A stretch of 58,273 bases of DNA from a virus (Duplodnaviria; Caudoviricetes). The translations under genes and the position numbers were made by a program. Below are positions 26,719 to 37,060 of this stretch, in pieces (position 1 is the stretch's first letter; each line of letters opens with the position of its first letter). The stretch is from IMG/VR virus record IMGVR_UViG_3300029309_000040, positions 1-58,273 of that record, one strand, 5' to 3'. The notes under the pieces were generated by a model. It was not told where the DNA came from, made no database searches, and was given only the letters and a program-made list of their open reading frames with translations.

Positions 26719-28561
26719 CTATTGGTAATTTAGATAAAAAATCATCATTCCGAGACAAAGCATGGGATAATTTGTCAATAGCAATTTCTTGTTGCTCCCC
26801 GCCAGTAAAGACTTTTGGTGGCATCAACGTCTTCTGTTTCCCCCACTCGATAAATCCTGTGTGGCTCGTATTCATTATCATTTTGAACGGTTCATCTAAA
26901 GGAGAGGGGCTACCCCCCGTCTCAGTTTCGCGAACCTTGCGGATGTGAACCTCTGTCATGCTCCTAGTGTGCGGATCGGGGGCCTGTACCTTTCGGTGTA
27001 TGGTAAGGAAGCAGTCGGCTCTGTTCACGAACTTACCCCCACCCTCAGTGTCCTCAGCAAATGGGGCGATAGGCAATCCATCATCCCCCTTCCTGCGTTG
27101 TGCTTCCGTTACAGCATGCATGTTCAACCATACAGCTACGTTGTGCTTCTTACTGAACGTTAAGAAGGCCGTAGCAGCCTCGTAGTGGTACTCGTGGGTG
27201 CTCTGCATTTCAGACTTCCGCATGTCTAGTCGAAGACTGTTGTAGGGGTCTACAAAGACTGCGTCTACATCGTGGTAGAAGTGTGTCTTTTCCATAAACA
27301 ACAGCATCTCCATGTAAGAGTAAACATGGCTAGTGCTGACGATGTAGAAGTGTTCGTTGACCCAATCGTAGCTGCACTTGCGCTCGTGATATGTCATGGC
27401 TGCTACTTTCTTATCGCAGACCATCTGCATCAACGACATTTTAATACTGCTGGTTCTGTTCTCAGCGGAGTATATCATCCACTTCCAACCGTGGCGCACA
27501 GTACAGTTTACGATGAGGTACAAGGCCGCCGTGGTCTTACCCACGTTGCTGTGACCGTTCATAATCAAGAACTCTTTCTTGTACCTGAACAACTTGTCTA
27601 ACTCTTCACTGCCTGTATCCAACCCTTGCTCGATCCTGCCCTGGGCATAGTCTTCAATCCATTGGAAGTCATCGTCAGGGTCGACGAGGAAACTCAGGTC
27701 CCCGTCTTCAATACGCATGTGCCTCTCGGCCTCCTCTTCTTGCTGTACTATGTCACGTATGGGTCGGGTCTTGCCATGCTCGATACCCTCTCGGATAGCG
27801 GTGATGGCAGAGTCCATACTGTCTATGTCTCGCTTCGATATCTCCCGAGAGAGGACGCGCACGACCTCCTCCTCCTCCATCTTACCGACAGCGATATAAC
27901 CACCACACAAGGTGGCAGCCTTAATAAGTACGTTGTGCTTCTCCCCTTCTTCTGCTCTGCGCACCATACGCGCAGCGATGTTGAGTTTGTCGTAGTCTGT
28001 GTGCTGAGGAGTGGCCTCCTGTATGGCAGCCTCAAACTTCTCCTCCGTGACAAACTTCCCGAACTTCTGACATGTCGTTTTAATTACTATGTCTGGGTCG
28101 TAAGACTCGAAGCACGCACGGCTTAGATTGATGCCGCTCTCATCGAGCTCCAACCCATACCGACTGTCGAAGTATCGGACGAGGGCGCGAAAGTGATCTC
28201 TGTGTCTTTCAGGGTGACTAATCTTTACCAGTGCCTTGACCCCATTCCCTGATGGGGAAACCCAGCAACTGTATATGTACTCGTCACGGCTTAAAAATTT
28301 CTTTACCGAGTCGACATCTACTTTATCGAAGTCGAGAACGATATAACCGCTGTGCTCTTTAATTCCAGAGTCGACGCGAGATGAAAACTCCCCACTGAAT
28401 AGTACAGCGGGGAGCTTCATTTTCTTCTCCTTGTCGCCTGATCTTACCTGCTCAACTGTGGTACGAGAGGCCCCTATCTTGATCCGTTGTAGTGCTTGTG
28501 GCACTGTGATCTTTACTGGGTTCCCCTTCTCGTATATGCTTGTGAAGATTGTAGCCTTCAT
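26660..28561 (-). CDS. Primase-helicase (VirE-N/BT4734-like primase plus SF4 DnaB-like helicase)
   Basis: KMKLPAVLFSGEF, LDFD, VSPSGNGVK, RACFESYD; Walker A GHSNVGKT; VFVDPYN. Confidence 0.85.
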   Translation of the reverse strand: MKATIFTSIYEKGNPVKITVPQALQRIKIGASRTTVEQVRSGDKEKKMKLPAVLFSGEFSSRVDSGIKEHSGYIVLDFDKVDVDSVKKFLSRDEYIYSCWVSPSGNGVKALVKISHPERHRDHFRALVRYFDSRYGLELDESGINLSRACFESYDPDIVIKTTCQKFGKFVTEEKFEAAIQEATPQHTDYDKLNIAARMVRRAEEGEKHNVLIKAATLCGGYIAVGKMEEEEVVRVLSREISKRDIDSMDSAITAIREGIEHGKTRPIRDIVQQEEEAERHMRIEDGDLSFLVDPDDDFQWIEDYAQGRIEQGLDTGSEELDKLFRYKKEFLIMNGHSNVGKTTAALYLIVNCTVRHGWKWMIYSAENRTSSIKMSLMQMVCDKKVAAMTYHERKCSYDWVNEHFYIVSTSHVYSYMEMLLFMEKTHFYHDVDAVFVDPYNSLRLDMRKSEMQSTHEYHYEAATAFLTFSKKHNVAVWLNMHAVTEAQRRKGDDGLPIAPFAEDTEGGGKFVNRADCFLTIHRKVQAPDPHTRSMTEVHIRKVRETETGGSPSPLDEPFKMIMNTSHTGFIEWGKQKTLMPPKVFTGGEQQEIAIDKLSHALSRNDDFLSKLPIDEEAQSWDEAESEEEPWEV

Positions 28562-28811
28562 CTCTAGCGATCATAAGCAGGATGAAGTACCCTGCCAAGT
28601 CGAGTAGGGTGTCCTCCGTTCGAGCATCCAAGCCAACGTTTTTGATGCGCTTGAGCTTGTCGTCGATGCGGATTCGTATCCCATACTCGGCATTGGCAGA
28701 AGAAAAGATGTTCAGAGGGGACAGCGCACTGTCACCGTAAGCATCATTCTTGGCTAGTAGCAGGTCTCGAACCTTGGCTGTGGCCGCTACTATCTGGTCC
28801 TTTCTTGTCAT
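28452..28811 (-). CDS. Nucleotide-modification-associated domain protein (Nmad1/DUF1599-like)
   Basis: KNDAYGDS, IRIDDKLKRI, EDTLLDLAGY. Confidence 0.7.
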   Translation of the reverse strand: MTRKDQIVAATAKVRDLLLAKNDAYGDSALSPLNIFSSANAEYGIRIRIDDKLKRIKNVGLDARTEDTLLDLAGYFILLMIARDEGYNLHKHIREGEPSKDHSATSTTTDQDRGLSYHS

Positions 28812-29067
28812 CCGTAGGTTGATTTTCTCTACCCAACACTGTGACGTCGAGAACTTCTGTGATGTTGACAGGCTTCTCTTTCACCTTCCTGTTGCCATAG
28901 TACTCTCGCCGTAGCCGCTGCATGGTAGTTTTATCATACAGCATGATGTCTATGGGGTCCAGGTATCGCGTGATTACCCACGCTTCGGTCGTCACTTCTC
29001 GCTTGCTACGGGTGTAGGTCAGCGTGACGGTCAGGTAGTAAATCGGATCTTTAGAACGGTAGGTCAC
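28744..29067 (-). CDS. Hypothetical protein
   Basis: ORF in operon; overlaps neighbours. Confidence 0.5.
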   Translation of the reverse strand: MTYRSKDPIYYLTVTLTYTRSKREVTTEAWVITRYLDPIDIMLYDKTTMQRLRREYYGNRKVKEKPVNITEVLDVTVLGRENQPTDDKKGPDSSGHSQGSRPATSQE

Positions 29068-29347
29068 TGCTTACGTTCGCAGCGGCCTTCTTCTCCCGCG
29101 CTTCCTTGGCCCCTTCACTGTTGGGGTCGTAGACGCGGCAACAAGCTTTACCGCTGCGGCTCATGAACATCGTGAGGTATACGTTGCCTCCACCGCGCTC
29201 ACTCTTCTGTGTGAGATACTTGTCTAGCATCTCCTGCAACTCATGGTCTTTGAGCTTGAGCCTCCAACTCAAAAGCTCATTGTTGTCATTGAATTGGGGG
29301 TCGTCGGCCCAGCCGACCAGCACACTATCGGGCTTTCTATCAGTCAT
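29051..29347 (-). CDS. Single-stranded DNA-binding protein-like
   Basis: C-terminal SSDLPF tail; next to the exonuclease/recombinase pair. Confidence 0.55.
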   Translation of the reverse strand: MTDRKPDSVLVGWADDPQFNDNNELLSWRLKLKDHELQEMLDKYLTQKSERGGGNVYLTMFMSRSGKACCRVYDPNSEGAKEAREKKAAANVSSDLPF

Positions 29348-29409
29348 TTTCTGTGTGTTAAAGAATGTGTATGAGGACGAATGTAAGCAAAGCTATTATA
29401 TACAACAAG

Positions 29410-30174
29410 TCAGACTTCGAATTTTGCATAGCCTTCTAATTCTGATTCAGGTGTCTGTAACCATTGCTGGATGTTATCCACTGCCTCGTTGAACTTCATC
29501 TCCCCTGCAAACAGGGTCTTGTCCGTGCATTTTACTAGCCCAGGGTAGTAGGGGTCTGTCTTCTCCTGTACTAACCAGTAGAAGTCAGACTTGCCCGTGA
29601 CCAACGTATATATGTACGCTTGGATGTCGTAGCAAAACGAGTTGACATCGTATCGGAACTTGTCCATGGATCGTGTCGACTTACTGTCCACTACATAGTC
29701 TGGGTGTAAGTAGTCGATGAACCCTTTGAGGGGGATGTCATCTACGTCAGTGTTGAACTCCACTTGTGGTTGCCCCTCGGTAAGTACAAAGTCTAGCAAC
29801 CCCTCGTCGTCAAGGCGAGTAATCATATCCTCGGCCCTCTGCCAATCGTCGCTGCTGACGATGGTGCGTCCTGACTCTGAAGCTGCGTTTTGAAAAGTTT
29901 TGACTCGGTCCTTATACTCCTTTGTGAGCTTCACATTCTTGGCCTGAATACCCTTGCTCAGTTCTTCTTCGTCCATCACGATGTATTGATCGGGGGCGAG
30001 GTTGGGGGTCAAGAGCAGACAGTCGTATAGGGAGCCGAAGCGCAATGCTTCGGACTCCTTGAACAACTCACCACGCATGTACTTCTCGAACTGTCGCATA
30101 TCCCCAAGGGCATACTTCAGTGACGAATAAGACAGGTGCGGCTTCCCGTACCGTTCTTGTAGTTGGTCTCTCAT
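29410..30174 (-). CDS. RecE-like PD-(D/E)xK exonuclease
   Basis: HLSYSSLK, FGSLYDCLLL, LKGFID, VVDSKST, YDIQAYIY. Confidence 0.8.
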   Translation of the reverse strand: MRDQLQERYGKPHLSYSSLKYALGDMRQFEKYMRGELFKESEALRFGSLYDCLLLTPNLAPDQYIVMDEEELSKGIQAKNVKLTKEYKDRVKTFQNAASESGRTIVSSDDWQRAEDMITRLDDEGLLDFVLTEGQPQVEFNTDVDDIPLKGFIDYLHPDYVVDSKSTRSMDKFRYDVNSFCYDIQAYIYTLVTGKSDFYWLVQEKTDPYYPGLVKCTDKTLFAGEMKFNEAVDNIQQWLQTPESELEGYAKFEV

Positions 30175-30755
30175 CTTACAAACTTGAATAGCCCAGCAAG
30201 CTGTTGCTCGGTGAGTTGCCCCCCGTACTTACTCTCAATTAAATCGTATGCCTTGCGCTTGTCCTTGGACCCTTTGACGTAGTTCACTGCCTTGTCCATG
30301 ATGTCTTCGACAGGGGCCTCCTCTTTCTTAGGAGCTGCCTTTTTCGCAGGGGCTTTCTTAGCAGGGGCCTTCTTCTTTGCAGGGGTGGGCTTCTCTTCCT
30401 GTTGCTCGATAGCCGTCTCGACCTCGTTGGCAGAAGCGATGCTGGTATCGATACCGATGCCTAAGCATGCAAGAGCGCGGCCCCAGGCAGAGGTCTCACA
30501 GTTCTCCACATAGGAGGTCTTGTTAATGTTGGAGGCGGAGCGAACCTCCATGGCGTGGCCCACGGCCCTTGTCCTCCCCTGATCGTCCACAATGCATGCG
30601 CGGCACATAGCATGCTCTGCATCCAACTCCGTGAATTCCGAGAGGATGCTCCAATTCTCGTACTTCTTCTCCTGACGGAAGAACTTGATGCGTTCGTTGA
30701 CTTCAACGTACTGCTTGCCACGGATGTTCGTGGTCTTGAATTTGTAGTTACTCAT
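30171..30755 (-). CDS. Single-strand annealing recombinase (Sak/Rad52-like)
   Basis: IRGKQYVEVNERI and ENCETSAWGRALACLGIG; PAKK linker. Confidence 0.65.
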   Translation of the reverse strand: MSNYKFKTTNIRGKQYVEVNERIKFFRQEKKYENWSILSEFTELDAEHAMCRACIVDDQGRTRAVGHAMEVRSASNINKTSYVENCETSAWGRALACLGIGIDTSIASANEVETAIEQQEEKPTPAKKKAPAKKAPAKKAAPKKEEAPVEDIMDKAVNYVKGSKDKRKAYDLIESKYGGQLTEQQLAGLFKFVR

Positions 30756-30766
30756 GTGAATTGTAG

Positions 30767-31369
30767 TTAGAATCCGTGTTTCACTGCCCTCGATTTTAGA
30801 TTGTTGAAGGCTTCGATCAAAGGTTGGTTGTTCTCATGGTATCGCCCGACGAGCCGCTCCCCAGTCCAAATCGTGATGAACTCATCGAGCAGTTCTTGGG
30901 CCAACTTCCCTCGCTGCAGTTGTTTCTCAGTGCCATAGACTGGGACTCTAGACATATCGTGCTTCCCTGATATATCGCTAAGCCTGTCTAAACAAGCTTG
31001 GAATAGAGCAGAGAACTTCAAGTCAGTCTCACGTAGCATGTTGCACTTCTTGATGCTGTTTAGTATCGTAGCGTGATCCCTCCCTATACTTTTAGCCGTT
31101 TGTGTCAGAGTAGATTCTGGGTCTAAGCTGTGGCATAACATACTGTAGGTGTGTCGGGCGTATACCACACACCGCTTTCTAGACCTCCCCAATATCTCTG
31201 TCCCTTCTATGTTAAAGACGTCTGTAACAACGCTCATCACATCGTGACGTATTTTTTCAGAGGATATCGCATTCAAATGCACTTTGGTGGCTACAGCGGT
31301 CAACTGCTGCTGCTCTTTTTTAAGTCGCTCTGCTACAACCTTAAACTTCTTCCTTTGTGATGTACTCAT
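30767..31369 (-). CDS. DnaA C-terminal (domain IV) HTH protein
   Basis: SRKRCVVYARH...LTQTAKSIGRDHATIL matches the DnaA DNA-binding signature. Confidence 0.8.
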   Translation of the reverse strand: MSTSQRKKFKVVAERLKKEQQQLTAVATKVHLNAISSEKIRHDVMSVVTDVFNIEGTEILGRSRKRCVVYARHTYSMLCHSLDPESTLTQTAKSIGRDHATILNSIKKCNMLRETDLKFSALFQACLDRLSDISGKHDMSRVPVYGTEKQLQRGKLAQELLDEFITIWTGERLVGRYHENNQPLIEAFNNLKSRAVKHGF

Positions 31370-31748
31370 GGTGTGTTGGTATTATGATTAGCCTACCGAA
31401 TGTGGCAATCAATTTGTGTTTGGTGTTGTCGATGTCTTCTCTCTTGTTGTCGAACCAATGCGCCCTGCGCTTTGGATTGTAGTGACAGAAGCTCTTGACA
31501 TCGGGGATGTAGTGCTGGCCTCGTGGCTCGACCACTAGGCGGTCGCACTCGACCCACGCACATACAGTTTTGTTTTCCCCCTGGAGAATCTTCTCCGCCG
31601 TACCACGTTGGTTGCGTAAGGTGGCGTTGTGCATCTCCAAGATGACGTCCTCGGGGTCGTAGTACTCTGGGTCTGTGTCGCCTAAGCGCACCTGCCAACG
31701 TTGATAGTTCGGGCCTCGGCCCAAGTGGAATCTCACTCTAGTCTTCAT
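31341..31748 (-). CDS. Hypothetical early protein
   Basis: Likely start MKTRVRFHL at 31748 within track ORF 31341..31832. Confidence 0.6.
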   Translation of the reverse strand: MKTRVRFHLGRGPNYQRWQVRLGDTDPEYYDPEDVILEMHNATLRNQRGTAEKILQGENKTVCAWVECDRLVVEPRGQHYIPDVKSFCHYNPKRRAHWFDNKREDIDNTKHKLIATFGRLIIIPTHHEYITKEEV

Positions 31749-32393
31749 GGTTGTGTAGTTCAAGGACTTTGTTGATAGTGACAGTACCGAACTGGGTCTG
31801 CCTCTGTATGCGCTTCTTGTGGTTGACGGCATCGGTCATGTCAGAGCAGGGGATCCACCCTGAAGACATCCCCTCCCCGTCTTTACCTGAGAGGTACGCC
31901 ACTACATATTTAACTCTGTTGTTCATTGTACTTTTTTACTTTCTGGTTGTATTCTGAGACGTGTTGTTCTAGTGACGCTCGTAGCTCTTCGTTCTCTGGT
32001 TCATCGAGTAGTTCGTTGCTTAGCTTCAAGATGTCCGCATACAATTCTTTGAGTTTCTCTTCTGTCACTTCCTGTTTCTTTTTTTGACGGGCCTCATACC
32101 GCCTACCCGCTCGGTTGTTGGGGTTGACAAGTATTTGTGGGTTGTGCATCGCTATCGCCTTCATAGCGTTCTTGTTTGGCATGTGCTTTTTAGTGCTTCT
32201 TTTCATTGTGATGTGGGTTTCGGGCGGCGATACGCTCAGGGAACATGACGTCTAGCAGCTTCCTGTATCGCTTCACATATTTATCGTGTTGGTACTGGTC
32301 GTCTACGTGCCTGTCCAGTAACTCATCTAGCAAGTCCAGCAACTTATTCAGTGCCATGGCTTGTTTGATAGTCCATTTAGTTTCAGTCTTCAT
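31738..32393 (-). CDS. Three small hypothetical early ORFs (31738-31926, 31910-32206, 32190-32393)
   Basis: Tightly overlapping co-oriented ORFs. Confidence 0.55.
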
Positions 32394-32396
32394 CGT

Positions 32397-32828
32397 TCAT
32401 GTTGTTTCTCTGTACCACGTCTTGCCATTTCTTTCAAGCAAAGCGTCTAACTCTTTTAGTTTGCATTCTCCAACACCACGGAATCGCCCCATTTCTTTTC
32501 GGGTCAGCGAAGAGATAAACTCGAGAGTCATCTCGCCGTCACGAATGATTCGTTGTAACGAAGAAGAGAGAGAGCGAAACTCTTTCGGCCATGAGTACAC
32601 CTCAGACCCAACGATAATCCTCGACGGTCTGGGTATTGATGGTTTTGAATTTATCGGTTTGATTGGAGACCCTTTCAAAAACTCTGATAAGGTCTCTTCT
32701 GTAATGCGATAGGTTCTACTCCCTGGTAATTTGATGGCGGGGAGGTCGCCGCGCCGTATCATGTTTCGAATTGTTGCGTCTGATACTCGCAGTGTCTGGG
32801 CTACTTCTTTTGGCTTGTATAGTCTCAT
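32397..32828 (-). CDS. Excisionase-type HTH fused to an RNA polymerase alpha-CTD-like domain
   Basis: LYKPKEVAQTLRVSDATIRNMIRRGDLPAIK plus LSSSLQRII...LTRKEMGRFRGVGECKLKELDALL. Confidence 0.7.
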   Translation of the reverse strand: MRLYKPKEVAQTLRVSDATIRNMIRRGDLPAIKLPGSRTYRITEETLSEFLKGSPIKPINSKPSIPRPSRIIVGSEVYSWPKEFRSLSSSLQRIIRDGEMTLEFISSLTRKEMGRFRGVGECKLKELDALLERNGKTWYRETT

Positions 32829-34119
32829 CCGTTGAATGTGTTTTTGTAGGTGTCGTCGGGGCCTGTGACCAAGGTCTCCATGGGGTCGTCGTACTCCACA
32901 TCATCGAGCCGACCCTTCATTGCTTCAATGATGTCTTTCATGGTGATGTCTGATCCGTACTCTTTGTCGTGGTCAATCGACAGGGCGATAGTAAATACGG
33001 AGTTGTAGTTTTTCATCGGTTGTGTTTTTTGGGGTTGATGGCCTTCACCCTGCGGCGTTGGGCCTGTTGCTTTTCGTATGCCTCTCGGTCGATCTTGATT
33101 TCCACCTCCCCGCTGATGGGCTTGAGCAGTCGAGCGAAGAGTGGGTGGATGTGGTCGTCTTTCATTTGTTGTCGTTTGCGGCGTGGATAGCGTTCAAGTA
33201 CCTGTCATGCAAGGATTGGTATGCAGTGGACATGGCGGCCATCTTGTCCTCCACGGAGTCGAGAAAGACCCCGATGTATTCGAGGTCTGCATCGAGACCC
33301 CACCTACGGAATTTGGCGTTGTCGCTCCAGAACTCAATGAAGTCTGTCATGCGCTTCTGCGCACCCTCAATAGTGGTTTCCATAACGGGGGTGATTTTGC
33401 TCACTCTGTCCTTGTACAGTTGTTCTTTTGTCATGTCGTGTGTGTTGCGATGATGAGTAGCAGGGTGAGCAGGAGTCCCGCCCACCCCCATGCTACGATG
33501 TCTTCAGTGTGCTTCATCCGTTAGGGAGGAAGGTGTCCATGATACGGTTGAAGTGGTCGAGGTAGTCAGCCTTGATGCTGTCCTCGTCTTTGTTCAAGAC
33601 TCGGAGGAACTTGCGTACCTCTTCTTCACGCGCTTGATACTCGTGGATTTGTTTCAGCAAGTTGTTGCGCTGAAGGTTCTCTTGGTCTGCCATTGTGTTT
33701 TGATTGATGTGCAATTGTACTAATTGTTTATGACTTGTGCAAGCTGTGGGTTTGTTTTTAACATTGTGTGTGTATTCGTTTCCGTCTGCTGCGTATAGTT
33801 TCATCGTTCGTCGTGTTTTGTGTCAGGGTCGGGTTGCCAAGTGCAGTCTGGGCAGGGGATGAGTTTGCTTGCAGGGTCCATCTTGAACCCGTCCCATATC
33901 TCCTGCTCTCCATCGCAGGTCTCGCAGGTGTGTTCGTCTTCGTTCATGTCAGTGGATTTTGTGAATTTCGATGTCATCGTAATGCAAGGACCAAAACGCC
34001 CTGCATCTCTGCGCTTCGTGTTCTGTGCTGCACAGCCCAAGTTCGAATGTCTTTCCGTTGCTCATACTATGTCTAGGTGCTACGCCTGTGACTCGGAATA
34101 AAGGTTTGTCTTCGTTCAT
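32825..34119 (-). CDS. Cluster of small early ORFs (32825-33016, 33013-33165, 33162-33434, 33514-33693, 33801-33947 and others)
   Basis: Co-oriented short ORFs with ATGA overlaps and CA-rich leaders; 33801 ORF has CxxC..CxxC. Confidence 0.5.
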
Positions 34120-34134
34120 GTGTGTGTGTTAAAC

Positions 34135-34767
34135 TCACAGCGTATTGGAAACGTGGAGTAAGATTTCTGTACAGAGCGCATCGGGGATTTTGCTTCGCTC
34201 GTGGTTGCCCTTCAATCCCTGGGTTCCCGTCCGTGACCCCCGTGGGGCAGCCTCATGGCACGGAGCGCCGTTCTTGCACATCGGGCGACCAACCCAAGTG
34301 CATCTCGTGCTGTGCCATATATCCGTGGGCTTCATTCGGGTGTCCCCATATTGGCAGTACGTCACTGTCGTTCGTTGGAACTGTTGGACCTCAGGGGTCT
34401 TCCTCATCATCCCCCGTGGATTCTCAATGAAGAAGTGTGATGGCTGCAAGGTTTCAATAATGTTGATTGTCTTGCGCAGTAACTCAAGGCCCAACCTAGC
34501 CGTGTCCGTTTTAGGGGTGTGAAACTCCTCCCCCCTCTCCCAATGGTGACCGATCGCGGCTACACTGAACCCCGTACAAGGTGGGGAAGCCCAAATCATA
34601 TCAGGTTTCCAAGGGATGCGGGAAAGGTCGAACTCCCGCACATCGCACACATAATCGATGCCCCCAAAGTCGGTGATGTCTGAACTGAAGACCTCCATCC
34701 CCAACCTTTCAGCGGCCTTGCCTATGCTTCGGCTACCTGCAAATAGTTCTAGCACTTTCATAATCAA
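34135..34767 (-). CDS. DNA cytosine-C5 methyltransferase (short)
   Basis: Motif I ELFAGS, motif IV SPPC, motif VI ENP. Confidence 0.85.
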   Translation of the reverse strand: MIMKVLELFAGSRSIGKAAERLGMEVFSSDITDFGGIDYVCDVREFDLSRIPWKPDMIWASPPCTGFSVAAIGHHWERGEEFHTPKTDTARLGLELLRKTINIIETLQPSHFFIENPRGMMRKTPEVQQFQRTTVTYCQYGDTRMKPTDIWHSTRCTWVGRPMCKNGAPCHEAAPRGSRTGTQGLKGNHERSKIPDALCTEILLHVSNTL

Positions 34768-35456
34768 CAGCAGTTTTCATCGTAGACCTTGTCGAACTCG
34801 ATGTGATTGATGCGGCCACCATAGTATTCGAACCTCTTGAGAAATGAGTCAGTAAGATTTTTCCCCCTAGCCTTCATGCCTTCACGATAGGCCACCTCTA
34901 CTTTCTTCAAAGCATCCGTGGACGACTCTTTAGAAAAACAAGTGATCCCATACCCGAATACATCGGGCATCTGTGCCATATAGATTGTATCTGTCATGTT
35001 TTCTTGAATTAGTATGATTTTCATATGTCCTTGTACCCGAATACCTTCACCTCGACTACTTCCCCATAGCTTCCGAGTATTTCGCACTTCCCAAAGAAGG
35101 GGTGTTGCGGGATATAATCGAAGATGAGAGGACCTTCGGTGTCTGGGTATGCGGAAAGGAACTGCTCGCATTGGTGTTCTTCTTGGGCGGACAGAGCAGA
35201 ATCGTCGCCGTTGATGAGGGAGGGGAGGAGGTGCTGATTAATCAGGCACACGTCTATTTCAATGAGTGTTTTCATGGCTTCTGTTGTTGAGTTAGTCGTC
35301 GTAGACGTTGAGGTGTACTTCGTGAATGGTCCCATCTTCACGGTCGATCACGTCCACGTCAATACCGTAAATGTCATGCGTGGACTGCACCCATACATAC
35401 AGCGGGGTAGCGTCAGGGATGCCGTCGAGGGCCTTGATGAGTTCTGATTTTGTCAT
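34764..35456 (-). CDS. Three small early ORFs (34764-34997, 35021-35275, 35292-35456)
   Basis: Co-oriented ORFs; probable minus-strand promoter TTTG-N20-TAGTTTTA near 35481-35512. Confidence 0.5.
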
Positions 35457-35526
35457 GGGTGGTGGGGTTGATTGATGTGGTAAAACTAATAATTGTTTCC
35501 GACTTGTCCAAATTGTGCGTAAAGAA

Positions 35527-36138
35527 TCAACGTAAGACCCCCTCCCAATGTCTTTTAATCGTTACCCATATTATGGCCTGCAATTCGTAGCCCTTGAACC
35601 CTTCCCTCTTAGCTAGTCGGGCCGTGAGCCGTTCGATTCTTCTGTACTGCATCGCAGTGGGGGACTCTTGCACCGTGACCCGCTTGAGGGATGAAGTCAG
35701 GCAGGCCCGCATATGCCACTTGTCCACCGTGACGTGATCGTCGCTGTTCTCCCCAACGTTCATCGCGAAAGCGTACGTTTTCGGAGACTTGCGTAGGATC
35801 GACTCATCACCCTTAGCAATTGCAAAGGCTTTCCTCTTGTTCGCATCATAGGTGCAAACCTTCACGTCATCGGGTCCGAGTCCATCACGCACAGCTTGCA
35901 GCACTGTGAATGCATCGATTTTGTTACGTTCCCATTTATTATTCGGGGATAGGGCAGAGATGACCCCTGCGGCAACTTTGCGCGATACGTTGAATTCAAC
36001 CGACAGATACCTTGCATAATCCATCGCCTCACGATACCAAGCCCGACCCGTTTCAATGTCCTCGGGTGTTGACTCCGCCAACCATCCGCGAAGGTTACGC
36101 AGGATGGTGCCATCTTTTGTGATAGTCGCGGTTTTCAT
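35527..36138 (-). CDS. Conserved phage early protein, possibly HhH-glycosylase-like
   Basis: AWY..A, ISALSP..KWERN, KT.AF..N, VTVDKWH.R and LQAIIW motifs; likely start MKTAT at 36138. Confidence 0.55.
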   Translation of the reverse strand: MKTATITKDGTILRNLRGWLAESTPEDIETGRAWYREAMDYARYLSVEFNVSRKVAAGVISALSPNNKWERNKIDAFTVLQAVRDGLGPDDVKVCTYDANKRKAFAIAKGDESILRKSPKTYAFAMNVGENSDDHVTVDKWHMRACLTSSLKRVTVQESPTAMQYRRIERLTARLAKREGFKGYELQAIIWVTIKRHWEGVLR

Positions 36139-36685
36139 AACCCTAACTGTTTGTTTAAGTGAGTTATAAAGGTGTCCTTCCGCAGTTGCGATGCAGTCCA
36201 ACAGTAGAACCCAATCTCACAGCTTCGTGGACCAGCCCAGGGCAAGGTCGGGGCCGTCTCCGTTTGGTGTTCGCTGATATCCTTAAGCGCCTGAATTCGG
36301 GCCGCGCTGATGCCCCCTCTGTAATTGCTCATGACTCTGTCTTGATGGTGAATTCGATACAGGCTGCAGTTTCATGTAAAGAGAGGTCTGCATCCGAGGG
36401 GTTAGCCTCCGTCATGTACACGTCATCGATGGCAACTTGGCTGTGTGGGTGCATCTGCCCAATCTCGAACAAGGCCCGAGAAATTCCAAGCAACCTGTAA
36501 TACCAACCGCAATCTGCCGTCCCCTCGAACACCAACAGGCGTGCCTTTGCATACCCGCCTCGTCTCTGTACTTCTAGTCGGTACGTCCCTAACTCAGCGT
36601 CTACCGTTACATGGTTTCGTATCTGCTCATTAATTGTGTGGATCACTATATCCAAAGAGTGCGCTATGTTGAATTTTATTTTCAT
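36135..36685 (-). CDS. Two hypothetical early ORFs (36135-36332, 36329-36685)
   Basis: ATGA overlaps. Confidence 0.55.
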
Positions 36686-36758
36686 CTGTCCTAGAAATTA
36701 TAGTTGGCTGCGATAGCGTTGTAGTTGTAATCTGACACTAGCTTCATGTCGGTTTTAT

Positions 36759-37028
36759 TTACTTGATCGGGGTGGCGAAGTCAGGGGTGGCAAGGGTGTA
36801 TCCGTCCTGCGTGTCGTGCAGTACGACAGCGCTTAGGCCGATTCCCTGTGTGTGTAGATAGTCGCCCGCTTGGTTCACGATGTCACCGATTTCGTGGTTG
36901 TACGGGAGCCAAACAGTGTCGCCCCTGCGCATGTCCTTGATTCGGATGCGAACACCCTTGGTGTTCGTAGGGCCGTAAAAACGTACGTGGATGGCGCGAT
37001 AGCGCAGAAGGGTGTTGTGAAAGTCCAT
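36759..37028 (-). CDS. First early gene, hypothetical
   Basis: YGPTNTKGVRI motif; minus-strand TATCTTTG box at 37053-37060. Confidence 0.6.
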   Translation of the reverse strand: MDFHNTLLRYRAIHVRFYGPTNTKGVRIRIKDMRRGDTVWLPYNHEIGDIVNQAGDYLHTQGIGLSAVVLHDTQDGYTLATPDFATPIK

Positions 37029-37060
37029 TGTGTTTTCATTGATTGATGCCGACAAAGATA

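Noticed and set aside
34135-34767. Restriction-modification system
   Set aside because: Orphan methylase with no adjacent endonuclease; common anti-restriction gene.
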